This document shows, one piece after another, positions 15,174 through 27,640 of a DNA stretch of 64,000 nucleotides. This stretch comes from Paraspadella gotoi (Eukaryota > Animalia > Chaetognatha): positions 7,027,814 to 7,091,813 of the forward strand of contig CM119264.1 of NCBI GenBank assembly GCA_051294375.1, given 5' to 3'. The position numbers and the translations under genes are program-made. The notes below the pieces were generated by a model. The model saw nothing but the letters and a program-made list of their open reading frames with translations. It was not told the DNA's origin and searched no databases. The first letter of the stretch is position 1. Each line of letters opens with the position of its first letter.

Positions 15174-15369
15174 TTTAATATTCGTTGTTGATTCAGATTT
15201 GAATCCGTTTCGCGTCGTGTTTTTGTTTTCTCTCATCGAACGTCACCGATGGAAACAGGCCCCGCAGCAGCTGGCTGCATCAACTGGGATCGCAAGAGCA
15301 ATCGCTGCAGAAAAAAAAAACAATCCATCCCCCCCCCCCAATCGGCCGCCCCTCCTGGCTCCAAGCGAT

Positions 15370-15416
<47 letters not shown>

Positions 15417-15509
15417 CGGAAAAACAACGACGACGCGACCGAAACAACAAAGAATCGGTTGTTTCCATCCGAACTAAATTGAAAACATTAAGTCGGGAGG
15501 CTGCGGGCA

Positions 15510-15540
<31 letters not shown>

Positions 15541-15698
15541 AGGCGGAGGCGGAGGCGGCGGCGACGCTTGAATAAAAGATTATTTCCTCAATTGAGACGC
15601 GACCGAATACGCGAGCGATAATGCGAAATCCATTCGTCAAAGTTCCCTGCCTTACCTTTCCTCTTTTTTTTCCCGCCCTTCCCTCTCTCTTCTCTCTC

Positions 15699-15789
<91 letters not shown>

Positions 15790-15936
15790 CTCTCTTTATC
15801 TCTCTGGTTTGATTCTCTATTTTTAATTGTATTTCTGCTTTCGCTTTTTCTAGTTCTCTCGATTTCTCTTCCTTACTTTTCATGGCAGACTTTTTGTCTC
15901 ACTCACTCTCCTATCTCTCTCTCTTTCTCTCTCTCG

Positions 15937-15969
<33 letters not shown>

Positions 15970-16449
15970 CTCTTCTCTCTCTCTCCTCTCTCTCTTCTAT
16001 CTCTCCTCTCTTTTTCTCATCCTCCCTCTATCTCCTCTCTTCCTTTCTCTACCCCCTCTCTCTTCCACTCTCCCCTTAAAAGATCTCTAATGCCATTAGA
16101 AACGGAATGGTCAGATCCGCGGTCGATGGAACCGAAAATGGCATCACGCATCACGACGGCGCCACTAACTCCTTTCCTGCCGGCGCGATCGCCTTTCCTC
16201 GAAAGCCGTGACGGGGATCTCGCTCTGGTTTTCAGTCTCGACTATGGACTTAACATCAACTTTAGATTTTAGGCATTTGGTCTTTTGTCTCTGGTCTTTT
16301 TAGTATTCCTCAAATCATTCTATGTATTTCTTTTCATTTATCTCTCTCTTTTTCGATCCTTCTATCTTGATGTATTTGCTTTTACGGGCATCATGTAGCC
16401 CAAAGTTTTAGGCCAAATTCAGTTTCATTAATACATACAATTCAATTCA

Positions 16450-16486
<37 letters not shown>

Positions 16487-17984
16487 AACAATGTCAATAT
16501 CTATAATATCTTTTCAACTTGTTTATATCACATTTTAAAGACGCAATAACAAGACAACAAACAAAGCTCTATTTTTTTCCCCTTTCGCATTGTCTCAACC
16601 GCGGTCGCCAGGCACAGACGGGGCGAACAATCTGTCCGTGAGTCCATCCGTCCGGCGGTTGCCCGGTCATCGTGACGGCTCGATCGGTAGTGGAGGGCGA
16701 CCAATATCTCGGCCGGTCATGGAGTCAGTCTCGTCCGTCCGTCTGTCCTGCCGTCCATCCTTCCGTCTATCTGTCCGTCCATCCGTCCGTCCGTCCGTCG
16801 GCTCAGAGCCAATCGGTTTTTTTTTTTCTCTCTGCGTCGGTCGATTAACAAATCCGCTTCTGCGCAGCGACGCGGAAAAGCGGCGACAGTGAACAAAGCC
16901 GCGTCGGACAAGGGAGCTTGTCGGGTAAAAGTAGATTGTCGGGCTTCGGTGGAGGGCATAGGCTGTGGGACCGGCGTCGCCGTTCCGCAGTGATTCTATG
17001 AGCTGGAAACTCACCCAATTTTTACCCTCGATGCTTTTGAGATTCGCTGAGGGAAAAATAAAAGAATGGAGCTCGTTGGAAGAGAATAGCCTGGCACCGG
17101 CTCTCGTCCTTAATTATCTTATTCTACCATTTTTATTGTTACTCGTCTTTGTTTTATTCCGTTAGCGCTTAGTATAATTTGATTACGTAATATAAAACTC
17201 GTACGTATTAATTTTGGTTCTCTTTCCATAAACGAATGAGGTTAACTGAGAATTCTGCAGACAAACGGGGGAAAAAATGGGATTTTGTCAGTGATTTAAT
17301 TTCAAATTCTGCACAAACAATTATCCTTCAGATCCGAATCTCGTGGACTTTCTTAGAATGTTCTTCTCTTTCTACTTTTCTCTTCTCTTTCCTTCATTTC
17401 TTCTCTTTCCTCTCTACGACAAACTCTTCGACAAACGAAGACAGAAAGTCTTTCGATGTCGTAATTGGCCAAAAGGGAAGAATATTTTCCACGTCGACGA
17501 CGACGACGACGACGATGGCGCTAACGATGAAGACGACGACGACGACGACGACGACACTAACGGTGAAGTGTGTGACAGGTATTACAATGGCCAAGACTAA
17601 GAGGGAACGAGGCCGACGACGACGACCCTAGCGGCAAAGATCGTGACAAAATGGCCGCCACGTCGGTGGAAGTAATGTCAGTAATGACGACTAAGAGAAT
17701 GATGTGGAGAACAATGACTGTGGCATCTCATAGTAAACAAACTTTGGCAATTATTTTTTAATGAATTAAAGTGTGTTAATGACTTGAGAATTCTCTCGCG
17801 ATAATATTAGCAACCCACCTCATCCAAAAATTATATTTTAAAATACATACAATATCCTGTTTGTATCCAAAAATATCGAGACTAAAATTTGGAGAGAGAA
17901 GGGTTCGTTATCCGAAATGACATTAAGTCACGTTCATGGGAAGATTATCTCACGACGACAAGGGCGTTGGGCATAAAAGGACAA

Positions 17985-18028
<44 letters not shown>

Positions 18029-18637
18029 TAATGACGCCCCGACCACGAAATGGTCTCTCTCCAAAATGAAGATTTTGGGTTCAATCGCCAATTCTCTTCT
18101 CTTTTCTTTTCTTTTCTTTTCTTTTCTTTTCTTTTCTTTTCTTTTCTTTTCTTTTCTTTTCTTTTCTTTTTCTTTTTCTTTTCATTATTATTTCATTTTC
18201 CTTTTACTTATTTTTTTTGCCTTTCTTGTATTTTGTGGTTGGCGCGCAAAGAGCGTTTAGGGACGGTCACGTCAATCGTCATTCACTTTTATTCTCAAAA
18301 GCAAAAACAAATATTATTCGGCTATAAAAATTATATCCTTTGCATATGATATCAACAACCAAAAGATTTATTTATAAACAAATAAAAGACTATTCTTGGA
18401 GCAGAAAACCTACGAGATCTAACTCCCAGCTAATGTTTGTATGTAAAACAAACAAATCCGAATCGGGTAAGAAAAAAAAGTTGTTAAGTCCAACGAACCA
18501 AATAAAAACCGTTTGATGGAATAAAAAAAAAGAACCAAATAGAAAACGTTGTTATCCAGGATCTTTTTAAAACCCGACTGACGTCCTTAATTGAATTCAA
18601 ACCGTGAGGATAAAAGGGGGAGGGTAAGACGAGGGAG

Positions 18638-18740
<103 letters not shown>

Positions 18741-20911
18741 GAAGCGTGGAGCCGTTGATGAGGATGAAAGTAGGATTCACAAGAGACAAGTCGGACGGAC
18801 GCTCATCAAAATCTGAAAAATATGAAAATGGTTTGTGCAAATTTATGTGTTTTTCTCATCGTCTCTCTCGCTCTCTCTCTGTGTCTGTCTCTCTGTCTCT
18901 CTTTTTTTCACTGTCTTTCCAGCTCTTTTTACGTATCAGCTTGCATCTTTCGGCAATATGCAATAAGCATGTTTCTATAATCTACATCCACCCTTTCTCT
19001 GTTATTATCCATCCTAAATTAATCTGAGACTTAAGTTTATCGATTAGCGAATGATTAACCAATTTTAAAATGAGTCGCTTGAGAGGAAATAAATCATTTA
19101 TGTTCGCCTTGTTTTGTCATTCGTTTTCTATTAACTCCTGAGTCGTTTGGTTTTTTAAGAATATTCTCGAAGACAATAATACATTCTAAATTAAAAGGTC
19201 TTTAAAAATTAAACATCTTCAGTCTTGCGTCCGTAAATTTTAGCCAATTAAAGACAATTTAAAAAAGTTTAAAGTAAATTTATATAATAAGTTCAAATTT
19301 AATTATCTCCCCCCACTCTCGCTCTCGTATTTTGCAAACAGGCATCCTCAAGTAATAGATGTGACGCCTGTGACGCCTGTGACGCCTGTGACGGTGTTGT
19401 GATTCGTGTGAGTCGCCCTAATCCATTGTCGTCGATGTTTACTTTTCCCCCTTCCTTCACTTTCCTTCTCCCCGAGTCTAAAAATTCCTGGCGTCGAACA
19501 TTCTCGACGCCCCGTCATCTCTGAATTGACGGGAAAGAAAACACTGGCTTTTCCCCGGTCGTTGTTGTGCCCGAAAATTTATTCCTCAAATCGTTTTATG
19601 TNNNNNNNNNNNNNNNNNNNNNNNNNNNNNNNNNNNNNNNNNNNNNNNNNNNNNNNNNNNNNNNNNNNNNNNNNNNNNNNNNNNNNNNNNNNNNNNNNNN
19701 NNNNNNNNNNNNNNNNNNNNNNNNNNNNNNNNNNNNNNNNNNNNNNNNNNNNNNNNNNNNNNNNNNNNNNNNNNNNNNNNNNNNNNNNNNNNNNNNNNNN
19801 NNNNNNNNNNNNNNNNNNNNNNNNNNNNNNNNNNNNNNNNNNNNNNNNNNNNNNNNNNNNNNNNNNNNNNNNNNNNNNNNNNNNNNNNNNNNNNNNNNNN
19901 NNNNNNNNNNNNNNNNNNNNNNNNNNNNNNNNNNNNNNNNNCCTCCGTCGACGACATCTTTCGCTTATTTTCATTTTCTTTTCCCCGACGTCATCGCGTC
20001 CCTGTGATAAATAGCGATGTCAGAGAATAGTGATAAATCGAAAGCTGGCGAGCTCGGGCGAAGCGCGCGAGGCGAGAGCGTAAAAATAATAGCGGAGGAA
20101 AAAAAGGGGGGAGAGGGGGAGATGGAAAGAGAAATAAATAAAAGATAGACAAGAGACGATTCCTTTCATCTTTCTTTTTCAACCAACAACCTAATTTTTT
20201 GCCAAGCATCGGCTACAAGCGAGTCAAATCTCCGCTTGTAACCAGGGGCCCTCTCAAGCAAGCCGATATTATAACTAAGACAAAAGAACAACATTCGAAC
20301 TTAGATTTTACAGTATTTGACACCCAACAAGCAGAATGCTCGTTAAATTGTCATTTAGCAAGCAGATACGAAGCATTTTCTAAGCAGCATTGACTTAAAA
20401 ATCTCCAACGAACAAGCGTCCAATCGTCCAATCGTCATCCTTTACCAAGGTTGATATTTCAGCCGCTCACCCTACCAAGGAAGCGACGTCCCCGACCAAG
20501 CATCGCCCTTCTCCCCAAACAAGCATCGCCCTTCTCCCCAAACAAGCTCCGGTTTCGTTATGATGGATATGGGATCAACTGTCGTCGCGGCAGGGAGAGA
20601 TGGGGAGAGAAGATGCAGAGAGCTGAGAGATAGAGAGAGAGAGAAGAGCGGCGGCATAAGTGTTTTTTTTCGAAAAGTTAAACCATGCGGGGAGAGAGAG
20701 AGAGAGAGAGATGGAGAGGAGAGAGAGGAGAGAGAGAGAGAGAGGGAGAGACGAGAGGAGGGAGAGAGTGAGAGTGGAGAAGACAAAGAATAAGCGTCGT
20801 CCAGAAAGGAGGAGAGAAGGAGGAAGAGGAGAAACGGAGAGAGGAGGAGAAGGACGAGGGAGGAAAGATAGGACACAGAGGACACAGAAGGACGGAGAGA
20901 TAAATAGAAGA

Positions 20912-20958
<47 letters not shown>

Positions 20959-21436
20959 ACAAAGAGTAAAAAGCATACGTTTGAACGGTTTCGCGTTGTG
21001 CGTGCTTACGAAGTGCCTGCTAGGTGCGTGCAAAGTGCATACATGCGTGAGTGCGATTTGAATGTCATGTCCGTACTTTGCGGACTTGGTACCAAGTAGA
21101 TTCGCGTTAATTGCGTGCGAGGTGCGTTTTGATACACGGTTCCAGTTACATTGTGATTCTCACAAGGAGCGTGCATTCGTTGACATTATCCGTGAGAAAG
21201 AAAGGGAGCGCGCACTCGCGTGAATTTGCGTGCAGACACACGCACTCTTCTGGAGGTTTGAGAGTTTTTGTTTATTTGTCGAGATCCGCTGGAGGCGACG
21301 GAGGTGGCGTGAGCTGGTGGCGTTTTGTGGCGTGTGTGGCGCGTCGGAAATTCGCAAATTAATCACGTGATTATTTTGTTTTGACGAAGACAAATGGAGT
21401 GGAGGAGGAGAGAGAGAGAGAGAGAGAGAAGAGAGT

Positions 21437-21495
<59 letters not shown>

Positions 21496-22040
21496 TGAGA
21501 TGAAGAGAGAGAGGTTTTTGGCCCCGTACCTCTAGAGATTCACCGGGGATATTTCTGATATCGAGACGAGAAGTTAAAGGTCGTCAAGGTCCTTCGGTTT
21601 TTTGGGGCAAAACAACTTTTTATCCCGAGAGATTTTTGGTTTTTAGTTTCTTCCTTATCTTTTTGTACTTAATCCAAGTACTACTAACAAGATAAAAACG
21701 TGTTTTGTATTTTGTTTTTTTGTTGTTGTTTTTTTGTTTTTTTGTTTTATTTTCGTTTCATCCCACTAAAGTGACAACCACGATTTTAATACTAATTTAC
21801 TATTTTTTCAAGCAATTATAATTCGAGGAAGGAAAAAAGGGCTTATTTTTACATTCGCCGACCGGGATTTTGCAGTCGGTTATTTTTTTTCGCTTCTTAT
21901 GAACGATTTATATAGAAATCTCGCTACGCAAAAATAAATAAAAAATACTGGTAAAGGTATAAAAACTTTTTATTACAAATTCCTAACCACCCCTAACCCA
22001 ATTGCTAACCGTTTAAAAAATATAATACAAAAATATTGTT

Positions 22041-22253
22041 TTATAAAGAAACAAATTTGGGATATGTTTCGGCTTCAATGTAAATCTCCATCAGCGCAAA
22101 AACGAATTCATTTGTAAAAAAAATATTTTACAGATTGAAGTTTGAAGAGAAAGAGAGAGAGAGAAAGTCTGTGAAAATATTTGTTTCACAAATTTTGTGC
22201 TGATGAAGGCTTACATTAAAGCTGAAACATATCCGAAATTTGTTTCTTTATAA
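22041..22253. mobile_element. Second, decayed inverted pair of hammerhead-like (Penelope pLTR-like) units
   Basis: Plus copy CTGATGAaGGCTT[acatta]AAGCTGAAACATATC (22200-22233). Minus copy ctgatgga...gaagccGAAACATATC (22061-22094). Arms 22041-22100 and 22194-22253 are inverted. Confidence 0.65.
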
Positions 22254-22326
22254 GACTCGTATGTAAACAAACAAATTATTTTCTACCTCAAACATAAAAA
22301 TAACAATTAAAATAAATTTAAAACAA

Positions 22327-22408
<82 letters not shown>

Positions 22409-23009
22409 ATATAATTATAAAATTTGTATTACTGAACCAAAAAATTAATATTATTGCGCAAAGTGAGACTCGACGTTAGAGGGAAAACAAAATTAAATGG
22501 ATTAACAAAGCACCGACCGGTAGTCGAATAGTAAAGTTACCCGAAAAAAGAATCGGATTTAACTCCTCCTTCTCCCCCTTAGAATATTGTCTGTCTCGTT
22601 TTATATCCTAACCCCAACTCTCTCTGAACTTACCCCGCTTTCCGGCTTATCCCCCCCCCCTGCACTGTACTGCTAAGAACTTTCTGGTTTATGTCTTTGC
22701 CCATAATTCACAAAATCGCGAGACATCTGCCGACGAAGCACCGACACCTGCCGACGCCACGTCGTCACCTACGCAGATTGAGAGCGACAACGTAACTTCG
22801 GTGACACCTTTCCGAGGCTGAACGCAGAACGCAGACAATGAACGAAAATTTCGTTTTTTTCCCTTTTTATTCTAGCGTTAATACAAAGAGAATCGAAAGC
22901 TATAAAATAATAAATAGAAAAAAATTGACAAAAGGCGGCGACGAGTGAGTCGGGATTCCGATTCTGATTGACTACGACGATGAGAATCATTTCACCATTA
23001 TTTTCTTAC

Positions 23010-23070
23010 CGAATTGGCTGAAATTCGATGTTGGGGGGGGAAAGTTCGCCCACAAATGACCAATAAAAAT
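23010..23070 (-). CDS. Candidate next exon of the collagen-motif gene
   Basis: tttag| acceptor and cg|gtaaga donor. Phase-1 entry gives HFYWSFVGELSPPNIEFQPI, but all three frames are open, so the frame is unproven. Confidence 0.35.
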
Positions 23071-23381
23071 CTAAATCATTTCACGATTAATAGTGACCGT
23101 CTGAGTGGAAAAAAAAATTAATTTACCTCATGCCAGTCCAGAGTAAAGAACTTTTAAACACAAAACGTTAGCATTTAATAATTAAATCTTGATTGTGATT
23201 TATGCCTTTTGTGAATAAATGAAATTGGTAAAAATTCACAATAAATTCATACGGAAGGATTGTAAAAATCTAAAAAGCCAAACATACTAAGTTCAAATGA
23301 AAATTTTTTCAACTCGCCAAGTGTCAAATTGTCTAATTTTATTTAATCATCATAATGATATAAGGCATCAGCCATGTTTAC

Positions 23382-23631
23382 GTTTTCCATTTTCCCTCGC
23401 CAGCGCCACCAACTTCTCGAACAGCGTCAAATCGCGCATTTCTCTCGCTTCTGTTTCTCGAATCATTCCGGAGGGCAACGGCTCTCCTGGCGGGCCGGGA
23501 ATACCCGGCGGACCCGGCGGGCCGTTCAGACTTCTTTTCCATCTTTGTTGCCCGTCGTCCCCGCGCGTCAAAAACGGCGACGAAAAAAATAGGAACGCCG
23601 CTAGCGTCAAAAGACAGTAATATGACGCCAT
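23382..23631 (-). CDS. Secreted protein: signal peptide, RWKR furin-type site, short collagen repeat (C1q/TNF-superfamily-like N-terminus)
   Basis: MASYYCLLTLAAFLFFSSPFLTRG-DDGQQ-RWKR-SLN-GPPGPPGIPGPPGEP-LPSGMIRETEAREMRDLTLFEKLVALARENGK. The ATG follows a 70-nt intron (aag|gtgagca at 23701 ... ctacag|ATG). Possible donor c|gtaaac at 23381; otherwise the frame stops at 23368. Confidence 0.7.
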
Positions 23632-23954
23632 CTGTAGTAACAATGTAGTACATTTTTAGCATAATGTATATTGTAAAAGGTTATAAATGACATGTGCTCA
23701 CCTTCGTTCAATTCCCCGGAGACTTGGTAGAATGGCTTTCAATAAATGAGAAATGGAATCGGAAAAGGAATTCTCGAGAAGTTTATAAAATTGGTAAAAT
23801 TATAATAACATCTGACAGATAATTATTGAGACGGCTTCCGGGTCCTGTAGACGGCGTCCAGGACGCCGTAGAAAGCTTTTTTTTTTAAAATAAAGCCTAG
23901 GATGTTTGTCTACCAAACTGTGAATTTTTTTTTATCGGCCTGCGCATTTTCAAG

Positions 23955-24223
23955 ATGGAGTCAATTTCCTCTGAAGCGCGCCGTCAAGTCATTGCCCAAT
24001 TCTACCAAAATCATGAACAAGAAGGAGCAGATTTACTTTACAGTATTTTTGAAGCTAAATGTTAGCCGTCCATCTATTTATCGCGTAATACAAAGAGTAA
24101 AGTCTGAGATACTCTCAAGCTCAAAAAAAGGCGCAGGGCGGCCAAGAAAACTCACGGCAAGACAGTCGCGCACCATCGTGAAAGGAATGGGAAGTGGAAG
24201 GTCCCTACGCCACATTTCACTAG
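23955..24223 (+). pseudogene. Frameshifted, truncated Tc1/mariner transposase (HTH and GRPR linker only)
   Basis: MESISSEARRQVIAQFYQNHEQ... then a frameshift to LKLNVSRPSIYRVIQRVKSEILSSSKKGAGRPRKLTARQSRTIVK...GRSLRHIS. No DDE domain present. Confidence 0.8.
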
Positions 24224-24305
24224 AAATCGTAACTTTTTTTGGTTCAACTAGTTCGTCTGTATTTAGTTAACGTTATTAGTATTAAAAAATTTATTTTGTA
24301 TTTAT

Positions 24306-24484
24306 TTAACAAAGTTTGATTTTATTTTTGCAACGAATTTTATTTTTACAAGAGCAGATATGTTTCGCTCACAGTACGAGCCTTCATCATATGGCGCTGA
24401 TGAAGGCTCGTACTGTGAGCCGAAACATGTCTGCTCTTGTAAAAATAAAATTCGTTGCAAAATATAAAATCAAAACTTTGTTAA
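24306..24484. repeat. Near-perfect ~85-bp-arm hairpin made of two inverted hammerhead-bearing units
   Basis: 24306-24389 is the reverse complement of 24398-24484 with only a few differences; 8-nt loop. Confidence 0.92.
24393..24435 (+). ncRNA. Minimal type I hammerhead ribozyme (Penelope-like element pLTR type)
   Basis: ggcg-CTGATGA-a-GGCTC[gtactgt]GAGCC-GAAAC-ATGTC-tgct. Intact core boxes, 5-bp stem II, palindromic ACATGT stem III with GUC cleavage triplet, and stem I ggcg/tgct (two G-U pairs). AATAAA at 24444-24449. Confidence 0.78.
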
Positions 24485-25698
24485 TCTCTCAAACAACGAA
24501 AAAAGAAAGGATAATTACCATGTATTTATATTTACAATAGAATGTTATAAACTTTAACACATTCAATCTTTTGTCTCAATAATTGTGTCAGATGTTATAT
24601 AATTCAAAATTGTGACGAAAACTGCGTCGAAGGAAACGTTAAAAAAAGAGTAAGAATGACAGTTGAGAGATCCAGAGATTGGGAGAGGAGCGTCCAATAC
24701 GATTCAGACGTAAGTCTTAAATCGAAAGTTGTGAATCCGGTTTTTCCAAGTTTTGAAGACGAAAAAGTTGACAAATGAACAGAATTTTAACAGAATAATT
24801 ATTGTCTGAAAAGTATAGTTAAAATGAAATGTACGTATATGAGAGAAGATTCTAAAACGATCTTAGTTAAGGTAATGAAAATAGTCTTTGAAATTGCTAG
24901 TGAAAGATTTCCCAGGTGCACAACAAATTAAAATAAGATATGACTAAACAATTTTTTTTTCATTTCCTTTAATTCAAGCACAAAAGAATTATACAAATAC
25001 TCGAAATATAATTTTCAATTTTTTTTTTATATTTCGTTTCAAGTAGCAAAAAGGTTTTTCTACTTCGATCAAAATAAAAATTTAGCGACAATTGGGGCAT
25101 TTTCCGAGCGTTTTCTCCCGTGCGGGCGCCAGTCCGTCAAGAGACCCAAGTTTCGCCTCCCGCTCCGGGCGAAGTAAAGAAAGGAGACGTTGTTTGAATC
25201 CAATGGGCTTCGACGGTGGCTGCATAACGCCTCGCAATCCTGCTCCGTTCCCTCTCCTTTGTCCGNNNNNNNNNNCGGGCGAAGTAAAGTAAGGAGACGT
25301 TGTTGGAATCCAATGGGTTTCGGCGGAGGCTGCATAACGCCACGCAATCCTCTCTCTCCCCCTCTCCTTTGTCCGTCGACGCCGACGTCAAAGATCAGCA
25401 TACACTGCCTCCTTTTTCCCCAAAATTCACCCTGGACCAAAAAGGTTAATCTCGACCGTCGGTGAAACAGAGGATTCACCTTCGGGTTGGCTTATCCTGA
25501 TGGCCTTTCGCCCCCGAGAGGATTTTGACCGCCAAAGATCATCTTTCTACATCAATGATTCAAATCATGAGGATGAAAAGTGATATGATGATTGGAGCCT
25601 CACCATCAATGTTGTTTTTGTTTAGAGCTATTGATGAAAACAGCGATCGTTATGTTTTCCTTTGCTGTTGTATTCGATGTTCTTCCTTCTTCCCTCTC

Positions 25699-25732
<34 letters not shown>

Positions 25733-26068
25733 TCTCTCTCTCTCGCCTTTGCGCGTCCTACACAAGTTATTGCGGCCTGAACTCGCTCCAATTTGGTCAT
25801 TAGCGGAAGGAACGCGAAACAACGCGAAACGAGACAGAAAACCCCACGCATTTTCAAGTTTATATTAGTATTTTATACTATTAGCTATATTTGGGATTAC
25901 TGTTTAAATCCTAAGTTCATTATTTTTATAAACTACTTTTATTCAAAATATTTATCCACATAATTGTCAGATGAGTAACTTAATTCATGTGTAAAATTCT
26001 CTGAATGCATGATTAATAAGGTCAAGAAACGCAGAATTAGGATATTCCCGACTTATGAGGGAGTGGTC

Positions 26069-26270
26069 TTTTCATTCAATTGAAACATTCTTGAAAATAT
26101 TTTCCACTTCATGATAGGGAAGCAGGTTACTCTGGGAGTGAATAAACGAGACTGTGAGAGAAGTCTTGATTGAAAGTTGCAGGGACCTGCTATGTCATTA
26201 TCTTGGAAGAGTGATGGGGAGGCCTTATAAACCACCAAAGCCTGTCCAAAGTCAGGGCAAGATTAAGCTT
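26069..26270 (+). repeat. Dispersed repeat family, copy 3
   Basis: caattgaaacattc...gatagggaagcaggttactctgggagtg...aaagcctgtccaaagtcagggcaag. Confidence 0.88.
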
Positions 26271-27216
26271 TAAAGGATTAATTTTATTGTTTTCAATTTA
26301 TAAGTATTTATAATGGTAATCAAATTGGTATTTGGTTACCTATTGGTGCGATCAACGGATCTACCAGACAGTCGGGTTAAACGTAGTCGGTTTAAATCAG
26401 CTCCATTGTATTAAAATATGATACAATAATTTGCTCGATGAAGGAGTACTAATTTTATAGTTTATATTAACTCTCGAATACAAATATTACATTGAGGAAT
26501 GATCGTACCAAGTACTACAAAAAAATAAAATTGCATAAATACTGGGAAAATTCATTGTGGCAAATATTCGATATTATGGGAAATTAATGATCGACGTATT
26601 TTTATAGGGCCATCAAGAAGTATTATAATTAAGCGTATTAATTCAAATCATGGCCATTGAGAGGGCTGAAGATTGACGCGACACGCGGTCAGTCTACGCG
26701 TGAGAACAAACTATGAGGTGTTTCATATTTATTTTGTGAAGTTTAATTGCAGATATGAGTTAAGACCAGGGTAATCAATCATCCAATAATCATTAATTCA
26801 TATCACGTCTCCCATTAATAATTGGTTGTTTTTACTTGAAAAGGTGTACTTAAATGCAAAATGGCCATTAATGTTTTATCGGCTGATGTATTTGTAAAAT
26901 GTCCGAATTCCGAATGAAAGAGAAAATGATAATTTACATTGCAGACATGTCAGGACGAAACCGAACAAGGTTTCCTGAGGATGTTTCCCTTTTAATGCCG
27001 GTTTCTCATTGCCTTCGTCTTAGGCACCTGCACCTGTCTGATGCACAAAGCTGCCACCCGCGCGGGCGCGATTTTTTATATTAATCTTTCGTCCGGCGTC
27101 GACGGCGCCGCTGCGACGACGGCCGTCATGACTTCAGCGGACGCGACGAAGCACGAGACTAAACTGGGATGGATGATTCACGCGAGTTGAATCCGCTCAA
27201 GATGTGCTCTCTCTAA

Positions 27217-27261
<45 letters not shown>

Positions 27262-27476
27262 TTGTAATTCTGTGTCTCTTCCCTTATTTCTGTAGGTTCA
27301 ATCCTCGAATCAAAATACCGGTTTGAACCAGAAAACCAAATATCTAAGTTCATCTTTTAATTGATATATTTTACTCCTGATTTTCATTTGTTATACTTAA
27401 TACTTTTCTATTTACAGTGTCCGCGATTGATTTCCCTAATTGTTAAATTAGTGCTATTACTCTTGGCCTAAAATGC

Positions 27477-27640
27477 TTTTTATCGAGCCATGACCGGCGA
27501 AGCCGGGTCAGGCTCTATAATGTTTTAGTATTGCTCTTTGCTGACGGTTAAGTCGTCGATTGTGTCGTACGTCGGCTGTCACGCTTTTTGATATAAAAAA
27601 ACTACTGCGCTTTTTATTATTTTGGCTGGGACTTACCGTT
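27477..27640 (+). mobile_element. Helentron/HINE (DINE-1-like) non-autonomous element end; far boundary not determined
   Basis: T-run, then a GC-rich hairpin GAGCCaTGACC-GGCGAAGCC-gGGTCAGGCTC (27485-27515), then tata, a degenerate gtcg/gtc tract and aaactactg. This is the layout recalled for HINE/DINE-1-type elements. Confidence 0.5.

Larger units (their letters stand above)
23808..24595 (+). mobile_element. Internally deleted Tc1/mariner-superfamily DNA transposon
   Basis: TA|ACATCTGACAGATAATTATTGAGAC (23808-23832) and GTCTCAATAATTGTGTCAGATGT|TA (24573-24595) form imperfect TIRs flanked by TA. A transposase N-terminal remnant lies inside. Confidence 0.85.
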
